A stretch of 64,000 bases of DNA from a virus. This document shows, one piece after another, positions 1 to 8,950 of this stretch (within the stretch, counting starts at the first letter, position 1; each line of letters starts with the position of its first letter). Both the position numbers and the translations under genes were made by a program. The stretch lies in the IMG/VR virus record IMGVR_UViG_3300010885_050098, positions 1 through 64,000 of that record. The stretch is one strand, 5' to 3'. The notes under the pieces were generated by a model. The model made no database searches. It saw nothing but the letters and a program-made list of their open reading frames with translations, and had not been told where the DNA came from.

Positions 1-1048
1 TGTTTGAATCAATAAAGCCATCTACAAGAGTAACCTTTACGGCTGTTCCGCCAGTGTTGTAAGCGTTTTCGTTCTCTACAAGTTCTACGGTCCAAGAGAC
101 GTTGTGTGAAGCGTTATCTGAACCTGTTACGCTAATTGTGTCTCCAACGGTAGGTATAAATGTTCGACCAACTATATACATAATTGATTGGTCGCCATTT
201 AATGACCACCCAGGTAATGTAGCTGTACGGTTAAACCCAGAAATAGGACCTGTTGTACAAACCCCAACATAAGCGTACTTAACAAGGTTTACAGAAGAAC
301 CTGTGTTAACAGTTGTTCCTGCTGCAATTGATTGAGTCTTAATCTTGCCATCGTTAATGGCTGTTGCGCCAGCAGCGTTACCTGCTGTGGTTACTACACC
401 CAGAAGAAGACCTGCGTTATTAAGATCGTATGTAGCCGCTGCTTCTGTTAGGCCTACTACGTTAGGTACTTCTGGAGCGTTATAAGTTTGAACTTGAATA
501 TTAACTTCAACTGAAACTTTTGCACCCGCAGTATTGTTTTGGGCTTGAATTGTTCCATCATTTACAGTAGTTGCACCAGCTCTAGTGGTGTTTACTACTG
601 ATACGGTATTTAAAAACCCTAATGGGCTAAGAATGGCGTTTGCTGCCGTAGTTGTAAGACCTACAATATTTGGCATTATTGCAAAAGTTTCAATACCAGT
701 ATCCCCATCACCAGCGTAGTTAGGCTCGTATGCTGGGTAGTTCTGGTATCCAGTCAATGCTGTGCTGTGGTTGTCTGCTGGAACTGAAACTGTGCGATAA
801 CTTACATCGTCCCAGTTCTTATTAATGCTTTGATCTCCTACTGAAAGGCGTTGTTCAACTGCTGAGTAAAGACCTTCGCTTGGGTAAATGAACGTTGCAT
901 CCCAACCAAAGTTACCTTCGCCGTTAGCGGGGTATAAAAGTTCTGAGCCAGATGTAATAACATCACGTTGGTCATCAGGCTGCATAGCCATGTTGCCCCA
1001 TACAAAATCTACACGTGGGTTCCCTAAGTCATCTACTGGATAGGTCAT
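1..1048 (-). CDS. PASTA-repeat virion-type protein (3' end runs off the window)
   Basis: Hand-translated from ATG 1048: MTYPVDDLGNPRVDFVWGNMAMQPDDQR... with two PASTA-like units (MPNIVGLTTTAANAIL..., VPNVVGLTEAAATYDL...). No stop before position 1, so it is absent from the ORF track. Confidence 0.75.
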   Translation of the reverse strand, partial: MTYPVDDLGNPRVDFVWGNMAMQPDDQRDVITSGSELLYPANGEGNFGWDATFIYPSEGLYSAVEQRLSVGDQSINKNWDDVSYRTVSVPADNHSTALTGYQNYPAYEPNYAGDGDTGIETFAIMPNIVGLTTTAANAILSPLGFLNTVSVVNTTRAGATTVNDGTIQAQNNTAGAKVSVEVNIQVQTYNAPEVPNVVGLTEAAATYDLNNAGLLLGVVTTAGNAAGATAINDGKIKTQSIAAGTTVNTGSSVNLVKYAYVGVCTTGPISGFNRTATLPGWSLNGDQSIMYIVGRTFIPTVGDTISVTGSDNASHNVSWTVELVENENAYNTGGTAVKVTLVDGFIDSN

Positions 1049-1214
1049 TATTTGCCGCCTTTTTGAAAGTTAACTGAAATTACATAATCTTTGCCGCACT
1101 CTTTGCAACCGTTGAAGGCCGCTTTAACAGCGTCAACTGGGGATACGGTCTTGATGTCATCGCTACAAGCGCATGAGATTTTTATTCCTGGGTGTTCGTT
1201 ATATGCTTTCATAA

Positions 1215-1913
1215 TTACAACCAATCTGCTGTTTCAAAGCCTAAGGTGTGTGACTGGAAAACTACAAGGTAGAAGTCGTTCTTATCCGCACTTTGATTAC
1301 CACTCTTATAATTAGGGCTTTCAGAACCATACATTATGGTGCCATCAAAATCTGCTCCGTAATACTTAACGTTATTTGCGTCGTATCCCATATCGCTGCT
1401 TGGATCAATGTAGTAGTAGAAAATTCGACCGCTGTTAGTATCGTAAGTTCCTGTTTCATCATCGTATGAGTTTGCTCCGCCAGTCCACTGTGCATCAGTT
1501 AGCCATGATGCTGGAACACCGCAAGCAATAAGTTCTTTCTTAACTGTCTCTAACTGGTTTTCGCCAAGGCCCCAAGTGTTGCAAAGACCAACAGCAGGCC
1601 AGTAAAAAGATTCCCCATCGTCAAGGGTGCGGCCATCATTAATAAGAATGTTAGTAACAGGATCAGCATCTGTAGTTGGGTATGCGTTCCACTCAGTAAG
1701 AGCAATTGCGTGGCTATCACCAGCGCTTAACTTATGGTAGCTTGACCGGTCTTCATTTGGTTGAAGTGGCATATTGCCAAAAACGTAATCAATTGCGACG
1801 TTTCCATCAACAAGGCCTTCACCAGTAGGGAAGTATCCAGAGCGTACGCTTCCGTCAATTTCAGTAATTACTTGGAAGGACTTCTCTTCCCATTGTTCTC
1901 TATCGTATGACAT
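1215..1913 (-). CDS. Hypothetical protein, paralog of the N-terminal domain of 1..1048
   Basis: IDYVFGNMPLQPNEDR...DSHAIALTEWNAYP aligns with VDFVWGNMAMQPDDQR...DNHSTALTGYQNYP. Confidence 0.7.
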   Translation of the reverse strand: MSYDREQWEEKSFQVITEIDGSVRSGYFPTGEGLVDGNVAIDYVFGNMPLQPNEDRSSYHKLSAGDSHAIALTEWNAYPTTDADPVTNILINDGRTLDDGESFYWPAVGLCNTWGLGENQLETVKKELIACGVPASWLTDAQWTGGANSYDDETGTYDTNSGRIFYYYIDPSSDMGYDANNVKYYGADFDGTIMYGSESPNYKSGNQSADKNDFYLVVFQSHTLGFETADWL

Positions 1914-1972
1914 CGCTGCCCTCTCGTACTAGGTGTCTCTAGTATCCAAGAGGAAGCCAATAATGTCAGCGT

Positions 1973-2239
1973 TTATGCTTCGGCTTTATCCTTGCCCCAG
2001 TTACCAATTGGGCATTCAGCCTCAGCCAACTTAACCTTAAGGTGCATCAAGCAGCCGCACTTCTTACATTGCTGCGTGTACTTGGTCAGGAAAGGGCAGT
2101 CATTACACATGGTTAAACGGGCAGTGGCAACCTCATCAGAAACCCTTTGTTGATCGGTCTTAAACAAATCCCAAGGACGAACGTCCCCTAGATTTTGTTT
2201 ATACTTTTGCCAAAGAGATAGGTTTGATTCGCTATTCAT
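1973..2239 (-). CDS. Small Cys-rich metal-binding protein (DUF6171-like)
   Basis: RLTMCNDCPFL...QCKKCGCLM..KVKLAEAECPIGNW pattern. Confidence 0.65.
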   Translation of the reverse strand: MNSESNLSLWQKYKQNLGDVRPWDLFKTDQQRVSDEVATARLTMCNDCPFLTKYTQQCKKCGCLMHLKVKLAEAECPIGNWGKDKAEA

Positions 2240-2964
2240 TAGTTGTAATCTGGCCCAATCCTGTAGCCCTTTTTATAATGGGCAATATTTACGGTTTCTT
2301 TTTCTGCAGCCAAGTCTATTTTAGACTTAAAGAACTCTGGTGTCCGGTTTTCTATTCCAACCCAAGATTCTCTTTTGATTGGAATTATAGACATTAACGG
2401 AGTACCTGCATGGATTACTCCTTCAAAATTATCTTTAATATGAAAACTTACATTTCCCGGTAGCGGGTAAAGATCGTAATCAACATACCCAGAAACTGTA
2501 GAAAACGGAAGATCGTATCGATTAATCGGGTGAGTTAGAAGAACTCCGTAACCTTCTGGCGGTTGAATACCCCAGTACATCTGCCAAGACCAGTGAGATT
2601 GATAGTGACCGTGGGGAACGGGCATTTCAAATAAACCTCTAGGAGCCACTGGGTGCATGGGTGAATCCCATTTAATATCCGCTGATCCATCGTCTTTTCT
2701 GATGACCGTGATATCGGTGTGAAGTAGGTAGTGATAGCCGGTAGCCATTGCATCAAAATAAGGCATGCAATGTTTTAATCCTAAGTAGATGTTACTTCTG
2801 TCAGAGGTTCCGTTTTTTACGCGTTCTTCGTCGCCCTCACCGTGATAAAGGGGTAAGTCTTTCCAGTAAGGGGCAATATTTTTTTTAGCTGGTAGCGGGC
2901 CAATAGCCCCTTGTGCTGCGCCTTCGCCCCAAGGGTAAAACTCAAGAAGTTGTTTGCTGTCCAC
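2239..2964 (-). CDS. Conserved phage beta-fold protein (DUF6065-like)
   Basis: KHCMPYFDAMATGY, PPEGYGVLLTHPINR, GTPLMSIIPIKRESW motifs. Start reassigned to GTG 2964, which has GGAG 7 nt upstream. Confidence 0.6.
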   Translation of the reverse strand: MDSKQLLEFYPWGEGAAQGAIGPLPAKKNIAPYWKDLPLYHGEGDEERVKNGTSDRSNIYLGLKHCMPYFDAMATGYHYLLHTDITVIRKDDGSADIKWDSPMHPVAPRGLFEMPVPHGHYQSHWSWQMYWGIQPPEGYGVLLTHPINRYDLPFSTVSGYVDYDLYPLPGNVSFHIKDNFEGVIHAGTPLMSIIPIKRESWVGIENRTPEFFKSKIDLAAEKETVNIAHYKKGYRIGPDYN

Positions 2965-4015
2965 GTTTTTTCTCCAATTCGTATAGTTGATGGGCAGCAA
3001 AGTACTTGTCGCCCACCTCTTCCACCGTCTCGTACATTTTTCTATAAATTTCTTTGTAATTAATACCAGATGCTTTTTCGTACTCATCTAGTAGTTCTTG
3101 GTTTGGCGCTCCCCAAATACCTAGAACTTTTCCTGTCAAAATATCTTTATTGCGTAAAGTGCCTTGAATAACCTTATCTCTAAAAGATACCCCATTTTCA
3201 TCTTTTACTTCGTATGTGCTTTTCCAAGAGTTGGGGACATCTCTCCCTTGCGTATACATCTCTCGAGTCCAAAGAACGTGGTCTCGCATGTTAAATATCC
3301 TATACCCTCGAGTCCAAGCACGCAAAGGTGCGGTATTTTCTTCGTGGTAAGTGACTAGGGGATCAAAGGGAATTTCTTCTAAGTACTTAGCGGTTGTAAA
3401 CATAAAGTGACCAGCAAAAACATACTGTTCTTCGTAGTTTGAGTTTTCAAAATTTGCTACTGCTGCAGCGGGACTTTCAACAGCCTCTACCCCATAAACT
3501 AAATTTTTATAGTTTTCTTCATCCATATTTAAAGCCCGTAAGTTTCCTTTAGTTACCAATGACCATATGTGATCGCAAGAATAATTAAAATCGTCGGTAC
3601 CAAACATTGTCAGTGCCTGACCAGTTTTTCTGTCTCTAAACCAATAGGGAACATAAGTTGAGATAATTGGTTTTTCTGTTATTTTTTGTAGCTCTTTATA
3701 GTTTGATTTTAATATTTCATCCCAATTTTGTTTAAACATAGTGTGGGCATCAATTTGCAAATAGTAAGTTTCACCTTCATACAAAGAACACGCTAGATCC
3801 CTAGTAACGCTTGTTCCTAAACCAATGGTTTCTGATATAGCAATTACCTTAACATTTGGGTACATTTTTACATCTGGAAAATTACTTTTTGGGTAATGTA
3901 AAACAAGTCCTATATGAACATTTTGAGGTTGTTTTGCTTTACCAAGAGCCGTTCTTATTGTTTCGTGGATATCTTCTTCATTAAAAGCCGGTATACCGAT
4001 AAAAATAGTTTCCAC
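2942..4015 (-). CDS. GT-A glycosyltransferase, GT60/Gnt1-like (GlcNAc transferase family)
   Basis: TIFIGIPAFNE...TIRTALGKAKQPQNVHIG...YYLQIDAHTMFKQNWD (DxH motif)...HEE...LRAWTRGYRIF. Confidence 0.75.
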   Translation of the reverse strand: METIFIGIPAFNEEDIHETIRTALGKAKQPQNVHIGLVLHYPKSNFPDVKMYPNVKVIAISETIGLGTSVTRDLACSLYEGETYYLQIDAHTMFKQNWDEILKSNYKELQKITEKPIISTYVPYWFRDRKTGQALTMFGTDDFNYSCDHIWSLVTKGNLRALNMDEENYKNLVYGVEAVESPAAAVANFENSNYEEQYVFAGHFMFTTAKYLEEIPFDPLVTYHEENTAPLRAWTRGYRIFNMRDHVLWTREMYTQGRDVPNSWKSTYEVKDENGVSFRDKVIQGTLRNKDILTGKVLGIWGAPNQELLDEYEKASGINYKEIYRKMYETVEEVGDKYFAAHQLYELEKKRGQQTTS

Positions 4016-4030
4016 GCAGTGCTCCCATAA

Positions 4031-5542
4031 TTACATCTTGAAGTTGTGGGTAATAATACCATCTGCTAGGAATAAGTCGTTATCCTCAACGTCAATGTCT
4101 ACAACCATGGTTGCATCGTTAACTTTTACTTTTTTAGTAATAAGGATTTCTTCGTCTGATCCATTCTTAAAGTAATCACCAACCTCAAGTTCGTCTACCT
4201 GAGCAAACTGCCAAGTAAGACCCTTTTTAACAAATACGTAGTGATCTCCAGTTACCTTAAACTGTTCATTTATGTGGTAGAAAGCGCTTTCAATAGTGTG
4301 ACGAACCTTAGTGACAATGGTGTCTTCATACTCAAGGTTTTGAATATTTTCTATAGACCACTTTGACGCTGGGTACCATTGAGAAATATCTTCGCCGTTA
4401 GGATATGTAGGAATAATTGGAGCTTTAAGTACGTCTCCGACTACAACATTTTCAATAGGTTTTGTTAAACCATTTGAAAGAGTAACCCTAGTTCCGTATA
4501 CCCAACAACCACCACCGCCACCATAGTAAGTAACAGAAGTACTAGGGCTGTAATAAATAGGAGCAGCGTAGTAAGTAGGAGCTCTGTAATAAGCAGGTGC
4601 TGCGTAGTAAGTAACAGAGGTGTTAGGGGAGTAATAAACAGGAGCAGCATAGTAAGTAGGAATATAACTATAATAAACTGGAGCAGCATAGTAAGTAGGA
4701 GCAGCGTAATAAGTTACAGATGTATTTGGTGCATAATAAACTGGAGCAGCATAGTAAGTAGGAATATAACTATAATAAACTGGAGCAGCATAGTAAGTAG
4801 GAGCAGCGTAATAAGTTACTGAAGTGTTTGGAGAATAATAAGTAGGAGTAGGTGCAGCGTAATAAGAAATTGTAGCGCCCGGACAATTGCCCGGAAACCC
4901 AGACGCAGGAACGCTATAGCCTAATGATGGACAGTAAGTAAGTGCTTGGGCACAACCGCAAGATGATGCGCAAGAAACTTCTTGAGTACCAGTACCATAA
5001 GAAGTAGAACACACGCTTCCATCTGAATCATAGTAAACGGTAACGGGTCTAGACCACAGCTGACCTCCTTGACAATATAACTCTGTAGTTGTGTTGCTTC
5101 CACCGCTACCGCATACAGGTGTTCCTCCACCCGCATATGCGTAGTAAGTAAAGGACACGCTTTGTTGACCTACGTAAAGTCCAGAACTCGGACTTTGTGA
5201 TGCAACCGTACCGTCTAAAGCAGCGTTAGTAGTAGAGGTACCGCTAGTCCCACCTATTAAATTGCCACTACCTGTAATTGAGTTTGTTGCTTGGGAAACA
5301 GTTAGCCCAACAACATTTGGCACTGTGTAATAACTAATTCCGCCTCCGCCACCATAATATTGCGGTGGTGTGTAGTAGGCGGGAGCAGCGTAATAAGAGG
5401 GCGCGGATGGAGTAAGGAATTGTTTCCACACACCATTAACTTTTACATAACCGTTAGTTACGTTTTTCCAAACGCCATTAACTTTTGTGTAATAGTTAGA
5501 TGTAGTTTTCCATACACCATTAACCTTAACGCTACCAGCCAT
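4031..5542 (-). CDS. Tyr/Pro-repeat PASTA protein with C-terminal Hint (intein-like) autoprocessing domain
   Basis: 3x KVNGVWK, PASTA (TVPNVVGLTVSQA...GTVASQSP), Cys-rich segment, YYAAP repeats, GGGGG|CWVYGTRV (Hint block A), VTGDHY (block B), FLADGIITHN (block G). Confidence 0.8.
   Translation of the reverse strand: MAGSVKVNGVWKTTSNYYTKVNGVWKNVTNGYVKVNGVWKQFLTPSAPSYYAAPAYYTPPQYYGGGGGISYYTVPNVVGLTVSQATNSITGSGNLIGGTSGTSTTNAALDGTVASQSPSSGLYVGQQSVSFTYYAYAGGGTPVCGSGGSNTTTELYCQGGQLWSRPVTVYYDSDGSVCSTSYGTGTQEVSCASSCGCAQALTYCPSLGYSVPASGFPGNCPGATISYYAAPTPTYYSPNTSVTYYAAPTYYAAPVYYSYIPTYYAAPVYYAPNTSVTYYAAPTYYAAPVYYSYIPTYYAAPVYYSPNTSVTYYAAPAYYRAPTYYAAPIYYSPSTSVTYYGGGGGCWVYGTRVTLSNGLTKPIENVVVGDVLKAPIIPTYPNGEDISQWYPASKWSIENIQNLEYEDTIVTKVRHTIESAFYHINEQFKVTGDHYVFVKKGLTWQFAQVDELEVGDYFKNGSDEEILITKKVKVNDATMVVDIDVEDNDLFLADGIITHNFKM
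4641..4819. repeat. Tandem 102-bp (34-aa) coding repeat within the YYAAP array
   Basis: 4641-4717 is repeated at 4743-4819. Unit: YYAAPTYYAAPVYYSYIPTYYAAPVYYxPNTSVT. Confidence 0.85.
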
Positions 5543-5555
5543 TTAAGGTCTCCGA

Positions 5556-5699
5556 CTACGCTGTATATTGAAGCCAGACGTCCCCGTCACGGCCTTGAGT
5601 GATTAGGGGGGCCGCTGTTGAAGTTATAATGTTGCGCTGACCCGAGGTGTTATCAACAAGAATAGTTGATCCGTATACGCGAAACGATTCTCTTCCCAT
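5556..5699 (-). CDS. 47-aa tail-fibre-type motif protein
   Basis: Hand-translated MGRESFRVYGSTILVDNTSGQRNIITSTAAPLITQGRDGDVWLQYTA. The STxAP...GxDGDxWxxY motif is typical of phage fibre proteins. ATG overlaps the upstream stop. Confidence 0.65.
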   Translation of the reverse strand: MGRESFRVYGSTILVDNTSGQRNIITSTAAPLITQGRDGDVWLQYTA

Positions 5700-6037
5700 T
5701 ACTGGACCTCGTATCCACTAACTACTACGTTAATTGCGGTTCCTGCAGAGGCTAATGCCCACAAAGAATCTCCTAAATTAAGTACCTGTGTTAGATCTAA
5801 AGTAATAGTTGAGTTTGCGGAAATAACAACCGCTGGAACAATAACGTTTGAATTTCCCGCAGTTCCCCCAGAAGGAACTAGGTAAAGAGTAATGCTAGCG
5901 CTACCTGCGCTGTAATTTGAAACAAGGATTTGTTTAGTAATTCCAGAGCTGGCTGGCGCTGTAACTGTGTAAAGAGCGGTTGCGGATGTTCCAAGGGTTG
6001 TTGGATCAGTAAAACGCTTTAAGTTGTAATTTGCCAC
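5699..6037 (-). CDS. Small beta-sandwich virion protein
   Basis: ALYTV...ITKQILVSN...ITLYLVPSGGTAG...LNLGDSL...VVSGYE, a common phage structural family. Confidence 0.6.
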   Translation of the reverse strand: MANYNLKRFTDPTTLGTSATALYTVTAPASSGITKQILVSNYSAGSASITLYLVPSGGTAGNSNVIVPAVVISANSTITLDLTQVLNLGDSLWALASAGTAINVVVSGYEVQ

Positions 6038-6320
6038 GGGTGTCCTTTCGAGAACTACTAGTCTATCCTTTAATTAGTTTTGGTGCTCTCCTTGAACACC
6101 TCTACCTGGGTTTGCATATGTAAAAATACTAGGAGACTCTTTTGATGCCCATTTTCTTAAACCAAAACGAGAGTCGTTTTTTGCCGGTGGGGTTTTTGCA
6201 TCCTTTAGGCGAAATTCTTTCTTCCTCATGGCGTCCAGCGATCCCACTGAATAGCGTTGGTTTGTTCACCTTCAACGGCTCCTTTCGCCCTTGTTAGTTC
6301 ATCTCTAAATTCTTTATCTC

Positions 6321-6860
6321 TCACTTAATATTGTCCAAGTTTACCGCACCGTTGCTTGGTCGGTTATCTGGCGCTTTATCGTAGTTAATTGCCCCATTGG
6401 ACTGATTTGGAATTGGTTGACCAGCTCGAACACTAGTGAACTGTTTACCTACGTTTGTTCCACCATTTGCCGCAGCATTAGCCGCTGATTTTTTGCTGTA
6501 AGTTGTGCTTAGAGCAGCACTCTTGCCCCACTCGCCACCAGTAGCTTCTTCTGGAGTAATGTAACCAGCAGAAACGGCTTTTTCTACATCCGAAGTAGTT
6601 GCTTGTTTTCCTGTAACCGGTTTAGGTTTTGGACCATCTTGTACAGCAGCGGGTGTTTCCTCAGAATTACCTTTTGTTTTTTTAAACTGTTGACCTTTAG
6701 TTTTTTTACCAAAATTAAATGTGTAGGTTGCTTTTCCCGGAATACCAGAAAATCCCACGGCATCACCAGTGGATACATTAATTCCAAATGAGCCTTTAGA
6801 TTTACGTTCGTTTTTCCACGTAGCGTAATCTTTTGCTTCTTCGTTCATCGCAAATGCCAT
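6321..6860 (-). CDS. Hypothetical low-complexity protein
   Basis: ORF track; ATG 6860 preferred. Confidence 0.55.
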   Translation of the reverse strand: MAFAMNEEAKDYATWKNERKSKGSFGINVSTGDAVGFSGIPGKATYTFNFGKKTKGQQFKKTKGNSEETPAAVQDGPKPKPVTGKQATTSDVEKAVSAGYITPEEATGGEWGKSAALSTTYSKKSAANAAANGGTNVGKQFTSVRAGQPIPNQSNGAINYDKAPDNRPSNGAVNLDNIK

Positions 6861-6903
6861 ACTGCAATTATCCGTCAGAGAAGGCAAATAAACTTAGTAA
6901 AAG

Positions 6904-6934
6904 TGAGCCGTTTACATGGACAATGCTCAGGTCC
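6904..6934 (-). ncRNA. Candidate H-type pseudoknot (copy 1)
   Basis: GGAC-C-UGAGC-AUU-GUCC-AUGUAAACG-GCUCA, same architecture as 19446-19474. Confidence 0.5.
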
Positions 6935-6968
6935 CTTTGACAGGTAGCGAAACGCTGTCAGTTATATA

Positions 6969-7454
6969 TTACTTGATTTTGATGGTTTTTGCTTTGAGTT
7001 CTTCAGGGATCTCGCGCTCAACCTTAATGGTCAAAAGCCCATCTTTTAGGGTAGCGTCCTTTACCAACATCCACTCGCCCAACACAAACTGTTGAGTCCA
7101 TAGGCGCTTGGCAATTCCCTGATGTAGTACTTCAGAGTCCGTCTTGGTGTCTTTTTCAATGCTCTTAACGGTAAGAACATCTTTTTCTACAGTAACCTCG
7201 ATGTCTTCCTTAGTGTAGCCAGCCAAAGCGACTTCAATCACATAGTGATCATCATCAACCTTAGTTAAGTTATACGGAGGAAATGTTGCCACCTTCATGT
7301 TGGTTAAACCGTTCCAGCGAGAAATTTGATCTTGGAATCCTAAAAAGAATTGATCGCTTAGAACTTGATGAAGACTTGGTAACTTGAGAGGTTCTGGAAG
7401 GCCCTTAGGGTATTTTTCGTTGGGCCACTGAGTGTGTGTATAGCCTGATGCCAT
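6969..7454 (-). CDS. hsp20: Small heat-shock protein Hsp20/IbpA family
   Basis: FPPYNL...YVIEVALAGY...LHQGIAKR...ATLKDGLLTI...IPEELK..IKIK. Confidence 0.95.
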   Translation of the reverse strand: MASGYTHTQWPNEKYPKGLPEPLKLPSLHQVLSDQFFLGFQDQISRWNGLTNMKVATFPPYNLTKVDDDHYVIEVALAGYTKEDIEVTVEKDVLTVKSIEKDTKTDSEVLHQGIAKRLWTQQFVLGEWMLVKDATLKDGLLTIKVEREIPEELKAKTIKIK

Positions 7455-7514
7455 AGTTATATCTCCTTAGACGATATAAGTTAATAGGTCCCGGTTGGCG
7501 ACCTGATAAAAGTA

Positions 7515-7544
7515 TAGCCCACCAGCAAAAATGCTGATGGGCTA
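7515..7544. terminator. Hairpin between endolysin and hsp20
   Basis: TAGCCCACCAGCA-AAAA-TGCTGATGGGCTA; overlaps a minus-strand TATACT -10 at 7511-7516. Confidence 0.55.
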
Positions 7545-7650
7545 TATCTCCCGCGTTTTTAGCGCTCTGACCACCAACATCCGAAGATGGTTAACGCGAC
7601 CAAAGAAGAAAGGAATATTCCCTGGAAAGTCACGTGGGTCAGAAAGTACA

Positions 7651-8397
7651 TTACATAAGCCCCATTAGAGCGGCCCAAGTCTTAGGGCCAACTATTCCAT
7701 TGGAGTCTAGATTTGCATGGTTATCTTGAAACGCAACAACCGCTTTCTTTGTAGCTGGGCCAAAGTCACCATCCTCTAAAAGAGTAAGCGCATGCTGGAT
7801 TACCATTACTGCGTCACCTTTATCACCGGGCTTAACTGTTCCTGGAAATGCTGGGACAATTGGCTTCTCAACTACTGCGTTAACTTCGTTACCCTTGTAA
7901 TTAGGGCGACCAAAGCCTTCGATGAATACAGGAATGCCTTTAGCATTCTTCTTATACGCACGGATCTTTTTACAAGCTTCTCCGCCGTTACGTTCGCTAG
8001 TTGACTTTTTCTTTTCTCCAGCAGTATTACCTTCAACGGTAGTGACGGTTCCATCACCATTGTTCTTGATTACAAGGCCTACATGCTCAATTGGAGCACC
8101 GCCTGCCATGAAGTCAAAGTAAACGATATCGCCTGGCTGTGGATCAGCCTCAGTAGCGTCGGTCCAAGTGCCCATCTTCTTGTAAGAAGCCGCACCAGCC
8201 ATTGTGGAGACCGTATTAGGCATTTTAACGCCCGCTTCGTTTGCACAAAACATGATAAAACTTCCGCACCATGGCAAGAAGTTAGCCTTTGTAAAAGCGC
8301 CATACTTAGTTTCGTTGTCTTTTGGACCTTCTACGTAGCCCACCTCTTTGATTGCAATTTCAACCATCAAAGCGGCTGTGCCTTTTGCTGCTGCCAT
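7651..8397 (-). CDS. Endolysin: CHAP amidase plus peptidoglycan-binding domain
   Basis: PWCGSF (catalytic Cys), PGDIVYF, HVGLV, TVEGNT; C-terminal DGDFGPAT...FQ...NGIVGPKTW (PG_binding_1). Confidence 0.92.
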   Translation of the reverse strand: MAAAKGTAALMVEIAIKEVGYVEGPKDNETKYGAFTKANFLPWCGSFIMFCANEAGVKMPNTVSTMAGAASYKKMGTWTDATEADPQPGDIVYFDFMAGGAPIEHVGLVIKNNGDGTVTTVEGNTAGEKKKSTSERNGGEACKKIRAYKKNAKGIPVFIEGFGRPNYKGNEVNAVVEKPIVPAFPGTVKPGDKGDAVMVIQHALTLLEDGDFGPATKKAVVAFQDNHANLDSNGIVGPKTWAALMGLM

Positions 8398-8405
8398 TTT
8401 AACTC

Positions 8406-8777
8406 CTAGTTGTAGTTTGGATCTGATTCAGCGCCTGCTGGAACTGGAACTTCTCCAGTTGCTGCTACCGCTACTGCTGTTGGTGCAATTGTAATTGCTG
8501 TACCTGATTGGTTAGCTTCAACCTGTAGGTCAGCGGCTGTCTTAGAGTTGACGTCAACTGCAGCAAATGCTGAATTGATTTCATCTAGTGATAATTTTCC
8601 GTCATTCATAAAACCACGAGCAAGTTTTTCTACTACGGCTGCAACTGCTGTAAGACCAGCAACCGTTACCGCTTTCATTACTGAGATACCAGCAATAGAG
8701 CCAGCACCGATTACGCCAAGACCGCTAGCTGCAAAAACAGCTACGATGCGAAGCAAAATATTTCCGAAAGTTTTCAT
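8406..8777 (-). CDS. Probable holin
   Basis: Two N-terminal hydrophobic helices, directly upstream of the endolysin. Confidence 0.6.
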   Translation of the reverse strand: MKTFGNILLRIVAVFAASGLGVIGAGSIAGISVMKAVTVAGLTAVAAVVEKLARGFMNDGKLSLDEINSAFAAVDVNSKTAADLQVEANQSGTAITIAPTAVAVAATGEVPVPAGAESDPNYN

Positions 8778-8950
8778 TATTCATCATCCTTTGGGTTGCG
8801 AATCGGATAGGTAACGGCCCATGCAAATAGTGTTCCGACAATTGCGTAGCCAACAATGGTTTTTGCGGAACCATCAAGTACTACCCAAGCAATGAACATT
8901 CCTAGAAGTGTCCACAGTTGATCAATCATGTCTGTTAGTATTTTTTTCAA
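8777..8950 (-). CDS. 57-aa two-TM membrane protein (lysis-associated)
   Basis: Hand-translated (TTG)KKILTDMIDQLWTLLGMFIAWVVLDGSAKTIVGYAIVGTLFAWAVTYPIRNPKDDE; overlaps both neighbours' start/stop codons. Confidence 0.7.
   Translation of the reverse strand: MKKILTDMIDQLWTLLGMFIAWVVLDGSAKTIVGYAIVGTLFAWAVTYPIRNPKDDE

Noticed and set aside
4031-4507. Canonical mobile intein
   Set aside because: No endonuclease domain, only three residues follow the terminal Asn, and the +1 residue is Phe. It is treated as a cleavage-type Hint domain.
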